Origin: Clostridia bacterium
GTDB lineage: Bacteria > Bacillota > Clostridia > Oscillospirales > CAG-272
Direction: 5' to 3'
DNA: 64,000 bases
Assembly (NCBI GenBank): GCA_017412675.1
Contig: JAFPWV010000061.1
Span: 4,197 to 68,196, forward strand
Both the position numbers and the translations under genes were made by a program. The number at the start of each line of letters is the position of its first letter. The stretch's first letter is position 1. The notes under the pieces were generated by a model. That model was given only the letters and a program-made list of their open reading frames with translations. It had not been told where the DNA came from and ran no database searches. Below, piece after piece: positions 1 to 8,643 of the stretch.

Positions 1-846
1 GTCACGGCGGGGAACGGCGTCGAGGCATATTCCGCGGACTCCCCGCTCGGGCTGTGGACCTTCGAGGGCATCGTCGCGTCGATCCCGGAGGGACACGCAT
101 ACTGGGCGCCCTGCATCATCAAGCTCGGCGATACCTATTATCTCTATTTCTCCTGTGACACGCCCGGCACGTTCGAGAACCTGCACGTCATGCAGGCGAA
201 GGCCCCGCTCGGCCCGTTCACCTCGCCCGTCCGCCTCTTCGACCGCTTCTCCATCGACGCGCATGTGGTCGAGACACCCGCCGGTCTCTTCCTCTGGTAC
301 GCGGAGGACAACCGGGAGGCGGAAAACGGACGCATCGGCACGCGCGTGTACGTCGACCGTCTGCTCGATCCCGTCACCCCGGCGCGCACCCCGAAGGAGG
401 CCGTGATCCCGACCTTCGACGAGGAGATCTTCCGGCGTGACCGTTTCGGCGACGGTCGGGACTGGCACACGATCGAAGGCGCGTTCTGGTTCCGTGAGGG
501 CGAGTGGCAATATGTGATGTACTCCGGCGCGTGCTACGAGAACGCCACCTATCACATCGGATATGCCGCGGCGAAATCGGACGAGGACGACCTCACGAAG
601 GTGGATTTCGTCAAGCACACGAAGGACGGCGCGTTCGATCCCATGATGATCAAGAACGGCTTCGAGGAAGGCGTCGGGCATCACTCCGTCCTGAAATGGA
701 AAAGCGCATACTGGGCGATCTATCACGGGCGCGACCTCCGGGAGGAGAACGGCGCGGCATACGTTGAGCGCAGGACCGCCCGCATCTGCCGCCTCCATGT
801 GAAGGACGGAATCATCACGGCGGAGCGGTACGAAGATCATCTTTGA
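1..846 (+). CDS. glycoside hydrolase family 43 protein (5' end cut by window edge)
   Basis: Frame 1 is open from base 1 to the stop at 844-846. Motifs GHAYWAPCIIKLGDTYYLYFS and EGAFWFREGEWQYVMYSG are typical of GH43 beta-propeller xylosidase/arabinofuranosidases. Confidence 0.8.
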   Translation, partial: VTAGNGVEAYSADSPLGLWTFEGIVASIPEGHAYWAPCIIKLGDTYYLYFSCDTPGTFENLHVMQAKAPLGPFTSPVRLFDRFSIDAHVVETPAGLFLWYAEDNREAENGRIGTRVYVDRLLDPVTPARTPKEAVIPTFDEEIFRRDRFGDGRDWHTIEGAFWFREGEWQYVMYSGACYENATYHIGYAAAKSDEDDLTKVDFVKHTKDGAFDPMMIKNGFEEGVGHHSVLKWKSAYWAIYHGRDLREENGAAYVERRTARICRLHVKDGIITAERYEDHL

Positions 847-864
847 ATCAAAGGGCATACAAAA

Positions 865-897
865 AACCGGCATCGCGGAAATGCCGGTTTTCGTTTT
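865..897. terminator. bidirectional intrinsic terminator between convergent genes
   Basis: Stem ACCGGCAT/ATGCCGGT with a 7-nt loop, flanked by an A-run upstream and TTTTCGTTTT downstream. Confidence 0.7.
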
Positions 898-908
898 GGA
901 GGATATTA

Positions 909-2375
909 TCAGCCGTTCTTTTCGTAAGCATTGATGATGCGCTCGAGGGCCTTGTCGATGACCTTCTGGTTTCTCTGCAGCGTCGAGGCGACTTCGGTGG
1001 AACCGGACGCGAGAAGATCCCGGACAAAGTGGACGTACACCTGGTCGTACATGTGGGAGTAGCCGAGGTCGAAGACGCGGTTCTCCATGACCAGATCCAT
1101 CATCCGTGTGGAATCGGCGTCCCGGGAGGATTTTGACTTGGCGGTGATCTCAAAGAGCGCTTCGCGGACGTTGCGCCAGGATTCCGACGCGATCCCTTCG
1201 AGCAGGATGCCCGTGCGCTCCGGATTCTCCACGGATGCCGGGACTGCGACCATGCACGCCGCACCGTTGACGAAGCTCATGTACTGGCTCTGCGCCGCGT
1301 CGAACTTCGGCATCGGGAGCACGCCGTAATCGTCTTCCATTTCACGGAAATCGTCGTCCTTGAAGTGCAGGAGGGATGCCTCGCAGAAGAGGGCGCGCCC
1401 CTGCAGGAAGGTGTTGTAGGCTTCCCGGTAGTTGTTGATGTCCGTGTGATAATTGGACTGATTCTCATAGATGACGCGGTAGATCTTTTCGTAGATCGCG
1501 GTAGCCGATTCGAGGTCCGTGTTGACGACCGGCACACCGTCCGCGTCCTTGGTCACGATGGTGCCGCCCGCGCCGTAGTAGAACGAATACGGGCTGTCGA
1601 GATACCACGAGGTGAGACCGAAGAAGTCGTTCGCTTCGACGATCTTTCCGTCGCCGTCGAGGTCGGTGGTCATGTCCTTCGTGAGCTCATACAGCGCGTC
1701 GAGCGTCCATTCGCCCGCATCCACCGTCCCATACGGATACTCGATCGAATAATCGTCGAAACGGTTCTTGTTGAAGGCGAGGCAGGAGGACCGGAGCATG
1801 GCGTTCGGCAGCGGCATGCCGCAGATCAGCTTCATGTGGCCGGCGACGGTGAACGCGTCCACGCAGTCGGTGTCCCACCACGGCTTGGTCGGATCGACGG
1901 CGTCGAGCTCGTCGAGGGAATAGAAATACCCGGCGGATGCGGCGCCCGCGGCGGAGACCATGTGCAGGAACGCGCAGTCAAAGTCGTTCGTCCCGGCGGT
2001 GACAGCCTGCTTGACTGCGTTGGTCGCCGCGGTGTAATCATCATGGACAACGCCTTCGAGGATGATGTCAAACCGCTCTTCGACGGCCTTATCGCGGCGG
2101 AACAGCGCGTCGTTCAGGACCTCGCCGGTCTCCTCCTCGATGCCGATCTTCTCGGAATAGGATGCGACGCGGTAGGTATAGCCGTCGTACTTGACGTCCG
2201 GGAGATTGTCGGGGACCTCGGTCTCTTCGGTTTCGGGGATCTCACCGGCTTCGTTTTCCGTCCCCGGCGTCGGCGCAGCGGCGTCAGGCCCGGCCTCGGA
2301 GGGCTTCTCGGAGCAGGACGCGAAGGTCATGACGGCGAGCAGCGCGGCGAGAAGAAGACAAATCGTTCGTTTCAT
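909..2375 (-). CDS. extracellular solute-binding lipoprotein (sugar ABC-type SBP family), orphan
   Basis: 488 aa. N-terminus MKRTICLLLAALLAVMTFASC is a signal peptide with lipobox Cys, followed by an acidic linker. GGAGGAAC Shine-Dalgarno sequence lies upstream. Paralogous to 33914-35422 (shared PWWD..C motif region). Confidence 0.7.
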   Translation of the reverse strand: MKRTICLLLAALLAVMTFASCSEKPSEAGPDAAAPTPGTENEAGEIPETEETEVPDNLPDVKYDGYTYRVASYSEKIGIEEETGEVLNDALFRRDKAVEERFDIILEGVVHDDYTAATNAVKQAVTAGTNDFDCAFLHMVSAAGAASAGYFYSLDELDAVDPTKPWWDTDCVDAFTVAGHMKLICGMPLPNAMLRSSCLAFNKNRFDDYSIEYPYGTVDAGEWTLDALYELTKDMTTDLDGDGKIVEANDFFGLTSWYLDSPYSFYYGAGGTIVTKDADGVPVVNTDLESATAIYEKIYRVIYENQSNYHTDINNYREAYNTFLQGRALFCEASLLHFKDDDFREMEDDYGVLPMPKFDAAQSQYMSFVNGAACMVAVPASVENPERTGILLEGIASESWRNVREALFEITAKSKSSRDADSTRMMDLVMENRVFDLGYSHMYDQVYVHFVRDLLASGSTEVASTLQRNQKVIDKALERIINAYEKNG

Positions 2376-2422
2376 GGGTTCCTCCTGTGATCGTATTGAA
2401 TGCGACTGTTCTCATCGTTTCC

Positions 2423-2451
2423 AGTATAGCACAAATCCGGAACAAATGCAA
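2423..2451 (-). promoter_or_regulatory. sigma-70/SigA-type promoter for the SBP gene
   Basis: On the minus strand, TTGCAT, 17 nt, TATACT. Confidence 0.5.
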
Positions 2452-2698
2452 GAGATCGGAGACAGTCGACGCGAAAAAACGGGAAAAAGGGGCTGTCGCA
2501 AATAGGGCAAAAGTTTTCGTCCACCTTTTTCAAAATGGTGTTCCGGGATGCGAAGCATCCCGAGTGTCGAGGGCAACGCCCTGACCCGCACTTCGCAGAG
2601 TGCGGAACACCCAAAACTTCCAGAGAGTTCCTCTTTTTGGTTCTTTTTCTCCTCGATAAAGGAGAAAAAGAACGCCGATAGTGCTATGGAAAGAGAAC

Positions 2699-2745
2699 GG
2701 CTGTCGCATTTCTCCGTTTCTTGGAGTTCATGCGACAGCCCCCGT
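2699..2745 (-). terminator. intrinsic terminator of the symporter gene (member of the GGCTGTCGCAT hairpin family)
   Basis: 11-bp stem GGCTGTCGCAT/ATGCGACAGCC. On the minus strand it is followed by the T-rich GTTCTCTTTCC. A near-identical hairpin in inverse orientation lies at 50343-50383. Confidence 0.6.
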
Positions 2746-2756
2746 ATGTCGGTTTC

Positions 2757-4340
2757 TTACTGTTCGGCATCGGCATCTTCGCCGAGCGCGGTCGCCGCGT
2801 GGACCACGACGGTGCGGTCATAGCACGAGAACATCTCGTCGACCGCCGCCTTGTCCGGCTTCGGCGTCAGAAGGGATACGATCGGCACGAGCACCAGCCC
2901 GCAGACCATGGCGAGCACGCCCGCGTTGATCGGGGAGGCGAAGAAGGAGTTGATGAAGACGCGGCCCGTGAAGTTGCAGAACATATCCGCAGCCATGATG
3001 CCGACGCCGCAGACAAAGCTGACCCACACGGACGCCTTCGTGACCTTTTTCCAGTAGAGGCTGTAGAGGAACGGCGCAAGGAAGGCACCGGCGAGCGCGC
3101 CCCACGAAATGCCCATGAGCTGCGCGATGAAGGTGACGCTGGACTTGACCTGCACGATGGCCAGCGCGGCAGAGACGACGATGAAGAACACGATGAGCAC
3201 GCGGATGAGCAGCATCTGGGACTTCTGCTCGGTCTTCTTTCCATGCTTGTCGCGGACGGGAACGATGAGGTCGAGCGTCAAGGTGGACGAGGAGGTCAGA
3301 ACGAGGGAGGAAAGCGTCGACATGGACGCGGAGAGGACGAGCACGATAACGATCGCGACGACGACGTTCGGGAGGTTCTCGAGCATCTTCGGGACGATGC
3401 TGTCATAGATCGGCGTGGAGCCGTTGTAGTCGATGACGTCGGCGTAGAGTCTGCCGAAGCCGCCGAGGAAGTAGCAGCCGCCCGCGACGATGATCGCAAA
3501 GATCGTGGAGATCAGGGTGCCCTTCGAGATGTCGCCCTCGCTCTTGATGGCGTAGAACTTGCCGACCATCTGCGGCAGGCCCCAGGTCCCGAGGGAGGTG
3601 AGGAGCACGACGCCGAGCAGGGTGAGCGGCTCCGGTCCGAAGAAGGAGGTGAACGCGCCGGACAAACCTTCGTTCGTGGCGGCGGGGATCTGCGAGAGGG
3701 CGCGCTGGGCTTCCATGAAGCCGCCGTTGTCCTTCAGCACCGCGGCGATGACGAGCACGATGCCGACGAGCATGATCAGGCCCTGGATGAAGTCGTTGAT
3801 CGCCGTGGCCATGTAGCCGCCCGCGATGACGTAGATGCCCGTCAGGATGCTCATGATGACGACGCACCAGATATAGTCGATCGAGAACGCGGACTCAAAC
3901 AGACGGGAGAGGCCGTTGTAGAGAGACGCGGTGTAGGGGATCAGGAAGATGAAGACGATCACCGACGCCGCGATCCGGAGGGCGTTCGAGTCAAAGCGGT
4001 TGCCGAAGAAATCGGGCATGGTCTTCGAGTCGAGCTTCTGGGTGAGCAGACGGGTGCGGCGGCCGAGGATGACCCACGCGAGCAGCGAGCCGATGACGGC
4101 GTTGCCGATGCCGACCCATGTGGTCGAGATGCCAAACCGCCAGCCGAACTGACCGGCATACCCGATGAAGATGACGGCGGAGAAATAGGAGGTGCCGTAA
4201 GCAAAGGCGGTGAGCCAGGGCCCGACGTTGCGTCCGCCGAGGACGAAGCCGTGAACGCTCGCGGCCTGACGGCGGCAGGTGAAGCCGACACCGATCATGA
4301 CGGCAAAGAACAGGACGAGAAAGAGAATTTTGAGCAGCAT
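2757..4340 (-). CDS. sodium:solute symporter family (SSF) transporter
   Basis: ORF trimmed to the ATG at 4340, which is preceded by GGAGG. About 13 hydrophobic segments. LGGRNVGPWLTAFAYGTSYFSAVIFIGYAG is typical of PutP/PanF-like SSF proteins. Confidence 0.8.
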   Translation of the reverse strand: MLLKILFLVLFFAVMIGVGFTCRRQAASVHGFVLGGRNVGPWLTAFAYGTSYFSAVIFIGYAGQFGWRFGISTTWVGIGNAVIGSLLAWVILGRRTRLLTQKLDSKTMPDFFGNRFDSNALRIAASVIVFIFLIPYTASLYNGLSRLFESAFSIDYIWCVVIMSILTGIYVIAGGYMATAINDFIQGLIMLVGIVLVIAAVLKDNGGFMEAQRALSQIPAATNEGLSGAFTSFFGPEPLTLLGVVLLTSLGTWGLPQMVGKFYAIKSEGDISKGTLISTIFAIIVAGGCYFLGGFGRLYADVIDYNGSTPIYDSIVPKMLENLPNVVVAIVIVLVLSASMSTLSSLVLTSSSTLTLDLIVPVRDKHGKKTEQKSQMLLIRVLIVFFIVVSAALAIVQVKSSVTFIAQLMGISWGALAGAFLAPFLYSLYWKKVTKASVWVSFVCGVGIMAADMFCNFTGRVFINSFFASPINAGVLAMVCGLVLVPIVSLLTPKPDKAAVDEMFSCYDRTVVVHAATALGEDADAEQ

Positions 4341-4565
4341 AAATGCCTCCGGATTTTCATTCGATCCCGAAAAACGGGGATGGACAGCGGCGATTCCCAA
4401 AAAAGAGGCTGCAACGGGTGTGATTCCGTGCAGCCTTTTCATACAATCAGAAATTCGTCCGGTCAGTCTGCATGTCAAATCACTATTACTTTGTGAGGAA
4501 GTAATAGTAATAATAGACGTATGCAAACGTGAAGCTGTTCATCGCTGTCTCCCGGGTCCGAAATT
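4341..4565 (-). promoter_or_regulatory. long 5' leader with internal intrinsic terminator (candidate attenuator/riboswitch)
   Basis: Lies between the promoter (4572-4600) and the start codon at 4340. Contains an AT-rich hairpin CTATTAC/GTAATAG, then AGGCTGCA/TGCAGCCT followed by CTTTTTTGG on the minus strand (4397-4436). Confidence 0.45.
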
Positions 4566-4571
4566 TGTTAT

Positions 4572-4600
4572 ATTATAGCACCGGCAAACCGCCTTGTCAA
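4572..4600 (-). promoter_or_regulatory. SigA-type promoter for the symporter
   Basis: On the minus strand, TTGACA, 17 nt, TATAAT (perfect consensus). Confidence 0.6.
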
Positions 4601-4701
4601 GGGGAAAACGAAAATTTCCTGAATAAATATGAGGCGCACATGCATTTTCGGGCCATGCGCGCCTCTCGGTCATGCGATATCTGCGGGACCCGCTCCCGTC
4701 A

Positions 4702-6660
4702 TCAGAAGTAGATCGCCGGGATCTCTTCGGCGGGCTCGGCGTCGACGGGACGCTTCCCTTCTGCGATGTCATAGAGCTCGCGGTGCGTCTCGATGATCCC
4801 CGCTTCAAAGTCCTCGTACGGGCGCTGAGTCACGTCCACGATCCCGATCTGGTAGTTCTCGCCGTCGAAGCGTCCGAGATATGCCTGGTCGTTCAGGGTG
4901 AAGTAGTGCGCGCCGAGGCACATCGGATGCGAAGCCGCGCGCTGCATGTAGTAGCGGTAGGCGCGTCCGCGCTCCTTCTGGCTCGTCACGCCGCGGATCC
5001 CCGTCGCGTCGAGACCGCGGTCCAGCGCGCCGAAGTGGAATTCGCCGATCATCACGGGCTTGCCGACGAGGCGCGAGAAGCTCTCGATCGACGGAACAGG
5101 ATCCATCGAATAGCAGTTGAAGCTGAACACATCGGTGAACTCCGCGCCCGCGGCCAGCTCCTTCGAGGAGAGCCACGCGTACCGGATCCCGAGGTTGAGG
5201 TGGTCGGGATCGACCTCCCGGATCGCCTCGGACGGCACCCGGATGTATTCGCGGATCATCACCTCGGAGAACTCGCAGAGCGCCTGCTTCCCCGCCTCGG
5301 TAAAGCCGAAGGTCGACACCGGCCGGTCCATGTCCTCGAACGAGGCGTAATCCGAGCCCCATGCGGCGTTGAGGGCGTCGATCGAGCCGTACTTCTCCCG
5401 CATGAACGCGATGAGCGCGCGGCGGGAATAACTGGACTTCTCGCATTCGAGCGCGTAAGCCGCGATGTTGAGGTTGTTCACGAACGCCCACTGCGGTTCG
5501 TTGCCGAGGAAGTACCCGATGAGGGACGCCTTCCCGCGGTGCCGCTCCATCTGCCGCGCCCACTTCTTCGCGTTCTCCCGGAACTCCGGCGAGAGCGTGT
5601 CCGGGAAGTCGCGGAAGATATAGGTCTCCGTCTCCGGGTAGCCGTACAGGATCGTGACGTGCGGGATGTCGTATTCCTCGGCGAAATCGATGTCCGACCA
5701 GCACGCGACGGTGTTGAAACCCCACCGGATCATACGCCGCGCGGTCATTTCCTTCCATTTCCGGCCGTAGTCCTGCCCGAATACCCGCCAGAGGTTGTGA
5801 CGGTGCCACGAGAAGAAGTCCCGGCGCACCCAGCCGGCGGAGGCGGGATCGAGCTCGCCCGCGAGGGATCGGATCCCCGTGAGGTTGGCGTCGCCGTCGA
5901 TGTTCACGCAGTCGAGCCCCATGGAGAAGAACGCGTATCCGTCGGGATCGGCGAGGAGCCAGCGGTCCCGCCATTTTTCGAGAGTGAAGTATCCCGTGCC
6001 GTCCGTGAGCTTGAGGGAGAGATCCCCGCCCCAACACGAACGGCCGTCGTCCTCGCGTTTCGGTGCCGGCGCGTCGAGAACGGCGTGCATCCGGGCGGCC
6101 ATTTCTTCAAAGGATTTCGTCTTTCCGGGCCAGTCGGCGATGGCCTTCTGTCCCATTTCATCGACGAGGGTCCGCGTCTCGACCGGGAATTCCGGCTCCG
6201 CGTCATACACGCCGAAGGCCGCGATCTCGAAGGTCACGTCGTCCGGGGCGTCCGCGGAGGTGACGGTGAAGCGCACGGCGTCGTGATAATCGATCGGCGC
6301 GCCCTGCGTCACGGATTTCAGCTTGCCCGGCGTCCGCCTCAGGAAAAGGTTCTTTCCTTCCGCCACGGAGATCGGCAGGGCGATTCGGGTCTGGATCCCG
6401 GCGAGGACGCCCATCTTCACACCGCACATCCGGCCGTCGGCGGTCGAGAAGAACCACCCGAACACGGCGGAGCGCGCGCCCGTGCACCTCACGTCCATGG
6501 CGATCCAGCGGTCCCCGTCGAGCGGGATGCCGGAGAGCGCGCCGTCCTTCATCGGGACCGTCAGCCTGCCCTTCCCTTTCGGAAAGGTATAGAGGTTCCC
6601 GGAGACCGTCACGCCGTCCGGGGCGAGGGTTTCGAGGGGAATGGGGGTGTATCCGTTCAT
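4702..6660 (-). CDS. glycoside hydrolase, clan GH-A TIM-barrel (GH42/beta-galactosidase-like) with N-terminal beta-sandwich region
   Basis: 652 aa. LIGYFLGNEPQW (candidate acid/base Glu) and PVMIGEFHFGA (candidate nucleophile Glu) fit clan GH-A. AGGAG Shine-Dalgarno sequence upstream. Confidence 0.6.
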   Translation of the reverse strand: MNGYTPIPLETLAPDGVTVSGNLYTFPKGKGRLTVPMKDGALSGIPLDGDRWIAMDVRCTGARSAVFGWFFSTADGRMCGVKMGVLAGIQTRIALPISVAEGKNLFLRRTPGKLKSVTQGAPIDYHDAVRFTVTSADAPDDVTFEIAAFGVYDAEPEFPVETRTLVDEMGQKAIADWPGKTKSFEEMAARMHAVLDAPAPKREDDGRSCWGGDLSLKLTDGTGYFTLEKWRDRWLLADPDGYAFFSMGLDCVNIDGDANLTGIRSLAGELDPASAGWVRRDFFSWHRHNLWRVFGQDYGRKWKEMTARRMIRWGFNTVACWSDIDFAEEYDIPHVTILYGYPETETYIFRDFPDTLSPEFRENAKKWARQMERHRGKASLIGYFLGNEPQWAFVNNLNIAAYALECEKSSYSRRALIAFMREKYGSIDALNAAWGSDYASFEDMDRPVSTFGFTEAGKQALCEFSEVMIREYIRVPSEAIREVDPDHLNLGIRYAWLSSKELAAGAEFTDVFSFNCYSMDPVPSIESFSRLVGKPVMIGEFHFGALDRGLDATGIRGVTSQKERGRAYRYYMQRAASHPMCLGAHYFTLNDQAYLGRFDGENYQIGIVDVTQRPYEDFEAGIIETHRELYDIAEGKRPVDAEPAEEIPAIYF

Positions 6661-6699
6661 GATGACAGCTCCTTTTCTTCCGCCCGGCTCAGCCGGGGA

Positions 6700-7779
6700 T
6701 TACAGCTCGATCAGTTCCTTCTTCGGGCAGTCGGTGAGGTCGACGTGGCCGTCCTCGGTGACGAGCACCATGTCCTCGATCCGGCAGCCGTATTTGCCTT
6801 CGATGTAGATCCCGGGCTCGGAGGTGACGATCTGGCCCGGAAGCAGGACCATGTCGCCGGTGTGACCGTTCAGGCCCGGATCCTCGTGGATCTCCAGCCC
6901 GACGCCGTGGCCGAGACTGTGGCTGAAGCAGCCCTTGTAGCCGGCGTTGTCAATGATGTCCCGCGCGATCTTGTCCATGTCGGCGTTCTTCTTGCCGGGG
7001 CCGATCGCGTCGATGGCGGCTTCCTGCGCTTCGAGGACCGTGAAGTAGAGGCGCTTCATCTCCTCGTCCGCCTTCCCGATCGACACCGTGCGCGTCATGT
7101 CGGAGTGATAGCCGTTCACCATCGCGCCGTAGTCCATCGTGAGGAAGCCCTTTTCAAGCCGGATCGGGCGCGGCACGCCGTGCGGTCTCGACGACGCGGA
7201 GCCGGACACCGCGATGGTGTCGAACGACGGCTTCTGGCTGCCGTTCTTCTTCATGTAGTATTCGAGCTCCGCCGCGACCTCGGTCTCGGTCATGTCGTGC
7301 GTGAGGACTTTGCAGATATGTTGGAACGCGCCTTCCGCGATGCGCTGGGCGGCGATGATGTTCTCGACCTCGTCGGGCGTCTTGACCGAGCGGATCGATG
7401 TGAAGATGCCGCCGACGGGCACGAATTCCGGCTTTGCCTCGGCGAGCGTTTTTTTCAGGTGCTCGAGTCCCGCGCAGGTCAGTCTGCGGTCTTCATAGCC
7501 GATGACCTTGATGCCGCAGTCCTTCACGATCTCGAGCAGCCCCGGCTGACCGGGCAGGCAGACCGTGCAGAGATCCGTCGCCTCCGCCTTTGCCGCCTCG
7601 ATATAGCGGGAATCGGCGAAGACCCACGCCTTTTCACGGGTGACGAACGCATACCCGTCGGGGTTGTCGAAATCGGTCACATAGAGATGGTTCTCGGGGG
7701 AGCTCACATAGATCGCGTCAAGCCCCGCCTCCTCCATCTTCGCTCTCAGCTTCGCGTAGCGGTTTTCCATTTTGTTCAT
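6700..7779 (-). CDS. Xaa-Pro aminopeptidase/dipeptidase (peptidase M24B)
   Basis: Trimmed to MNKMENRYAKLR. Creatinase-like N-domain plus the HSLGHGVGLEIHEDP and EPGIY metal-ligand motifs of M24B. Confidence 0.85.
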   Translation of the reverse strand: MNKMENRYAKLRAKMEEAGLDAIYVSSPENHLYVTDFDNPDGYAFVTREKAWVFADSRYIEAAKAEATDLCTVCLPGQPGLLEIVKDCGIKVIGYEDRRLTCAGLEHLKKTLAEAKPEFVPVGGIFTSIRSVKTPDEVENIIAAQRIAEGAFQHICKVLTHDMTETEVAAELEYYMKKNGSQKPSFDTIAVSGSASSRPHGVPRPIRLEKGFLTMDYGAMVNGYHSDMTRTVSIGKADEEMKRLYFTVLEAQEAAIDAIGPGKKNADMDKIARDIIDNAGYKGCFSHSLGHGVGLEIHEDPGLNGHTGDMVLLPGQIVTSEPGIYIEGKYGCRIEDMVLVTEDGHVDLTDCPKKELIEL

Positions 7780-7793
7780 GAGATGATGTCCTT

Positions 7794-8639
7794 TCAAAAA
7801 GAAGATGTTCCTTGGATTTCGTCCTGGGTATGCGCGTCGATGTGCACGGACCACGCGGGATAGGGGACGGCCTGATGGGGGACGCGGTAAAACGATTCCC
7901 ACGAGCCGTCCTCCCGCACGATCAGCTCCCGCCAGCCGCGCCAGCAGGCGTACGGATCATGCTCGCCGCTGTAGCTGAAATGCCCGTCGTGCAGGATCGG
8001 CAGATCCCCCACGTCCGGACCGGTGCTGCCGACGAAGGACCGGTGGTCGTGGCCGCAGAAGAGCGCCCGGATCCGGGGATTTTCGCAGAGCACCGCCCGG
8101 AATTCGCCGCTTTCCCGCTCCATGTCGAACCAATGGGCGAGGAGAAAGATTGGCTGCTCCCCGGGCAGAGCGAGCGCCTCGCGGATGAGGGAGACGTTCA
8201 CCGGGAGATAGGTCCCGTCGCTGTTTTCCGTCGGTCCGAGATCGCCCGAGAACGCGTCGAGGAGCACGAACAAGGCCCAGTCCGTCCGGACGATCTGCTC
8301 CCGCGGCTGACGGGTGATCCGGAGCCAGTCCCCGGGCGCGTACTGCTCGTGGTTGCCGGGGGTGATGTAAAACGGCTGCGGGAAGGCGGGCATCACCTGT
8401 TCGATGAATTCCGCCGTGCGGCTGACGGGCGGGTCCCAGAGGTACGAGCCCCCCTCGTTGAACGCCCAGAAATCGAGCGAGACGTCCCCGAGGCAGAGGG
8501 TGAGATCGTAGTCCCGCGCGGCCTTCGCCTCCTCGAGGCAGCGGATGAGGTCGGCCATGCGCTCGCCGTTTGTCATCCGATACCAGGCCGCATGGCAGTT
8601 GTGAATGTCGGAGACGATCATAACGCGGTGTTCCTGCAT
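7794..8639 (-). CDS. metallophosphoesterase (calcineurin-like)
   Basis: Start MQEHRVMIVSDIH is preceded by AAAGGA. Motifs DIH, GDVSLD, GNHE and GHDH. Confidence 0.75.
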   Translation of the reverse strand: MQEHRVMIVSDIHNCHAAWYRMTNGERMADLIRCLEEAKAARDYDLTLCLGDVSLDFWAFNEGGSYLWDPPVSRTAEFIEQVMPAFPQPFYITPGNHEQYAPGDWLRITRQPREQIVRTDWALFVLLDAFSGDLGPTENSDGTYLPVNVSLIREALALPGEQPIFLLAHWFDMERESGEFRAVLCENPRIRALFCGHDHRSFVGSTGPDVGDLPILHDGHFSYSGEHDPYACWRGWRELIVREDGSWESFYRVPHQAVPYPAWSVHIDAHTQDEIQGTSSF

Positions 8640-8643
8640 CGTT

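Noticed and set aside
2757-4526. Longer N-terminal versions of several ORFs in the track: symporter from 4526, peptidase from 7902, lipoproteins from 14374 and 20828, deacetylase from 37537, MFS from 38217, Nif3 from 39010, YycI-like from 42382 and M16 from 53822.
   Set aside because: The extensions are Arg/Pro/Gly-rich, overlap upstream genes, promoters or leaders, and lack Shine-Dalgarno sequences. Internal starts with GGAGG-type sites give canonical N-termini such as signal peptides, lipoboxes and family-typical first motifs.
4672-7863. 1063-aa ORF on the plus strand, with similar giants at 53711-56809 (-), 25122-27344 (-), 23236-25083 (-), 2721-4496 (+), 16801-18642 (+) and 42045-43736 (+).
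   Set aside because: All lie antisense to well-supported genes. One spans two different genes and their intergenic gap. Their translations are Arg/Gly/Asp/His/Val-rich low-complexity sequence with no motifs and no Shine-Dalgarno sequences. Strong G/C at sense codon position 3 removes stop codons from the antisense frames, so these ORFs are the expected artefact of a GC-rich genome.
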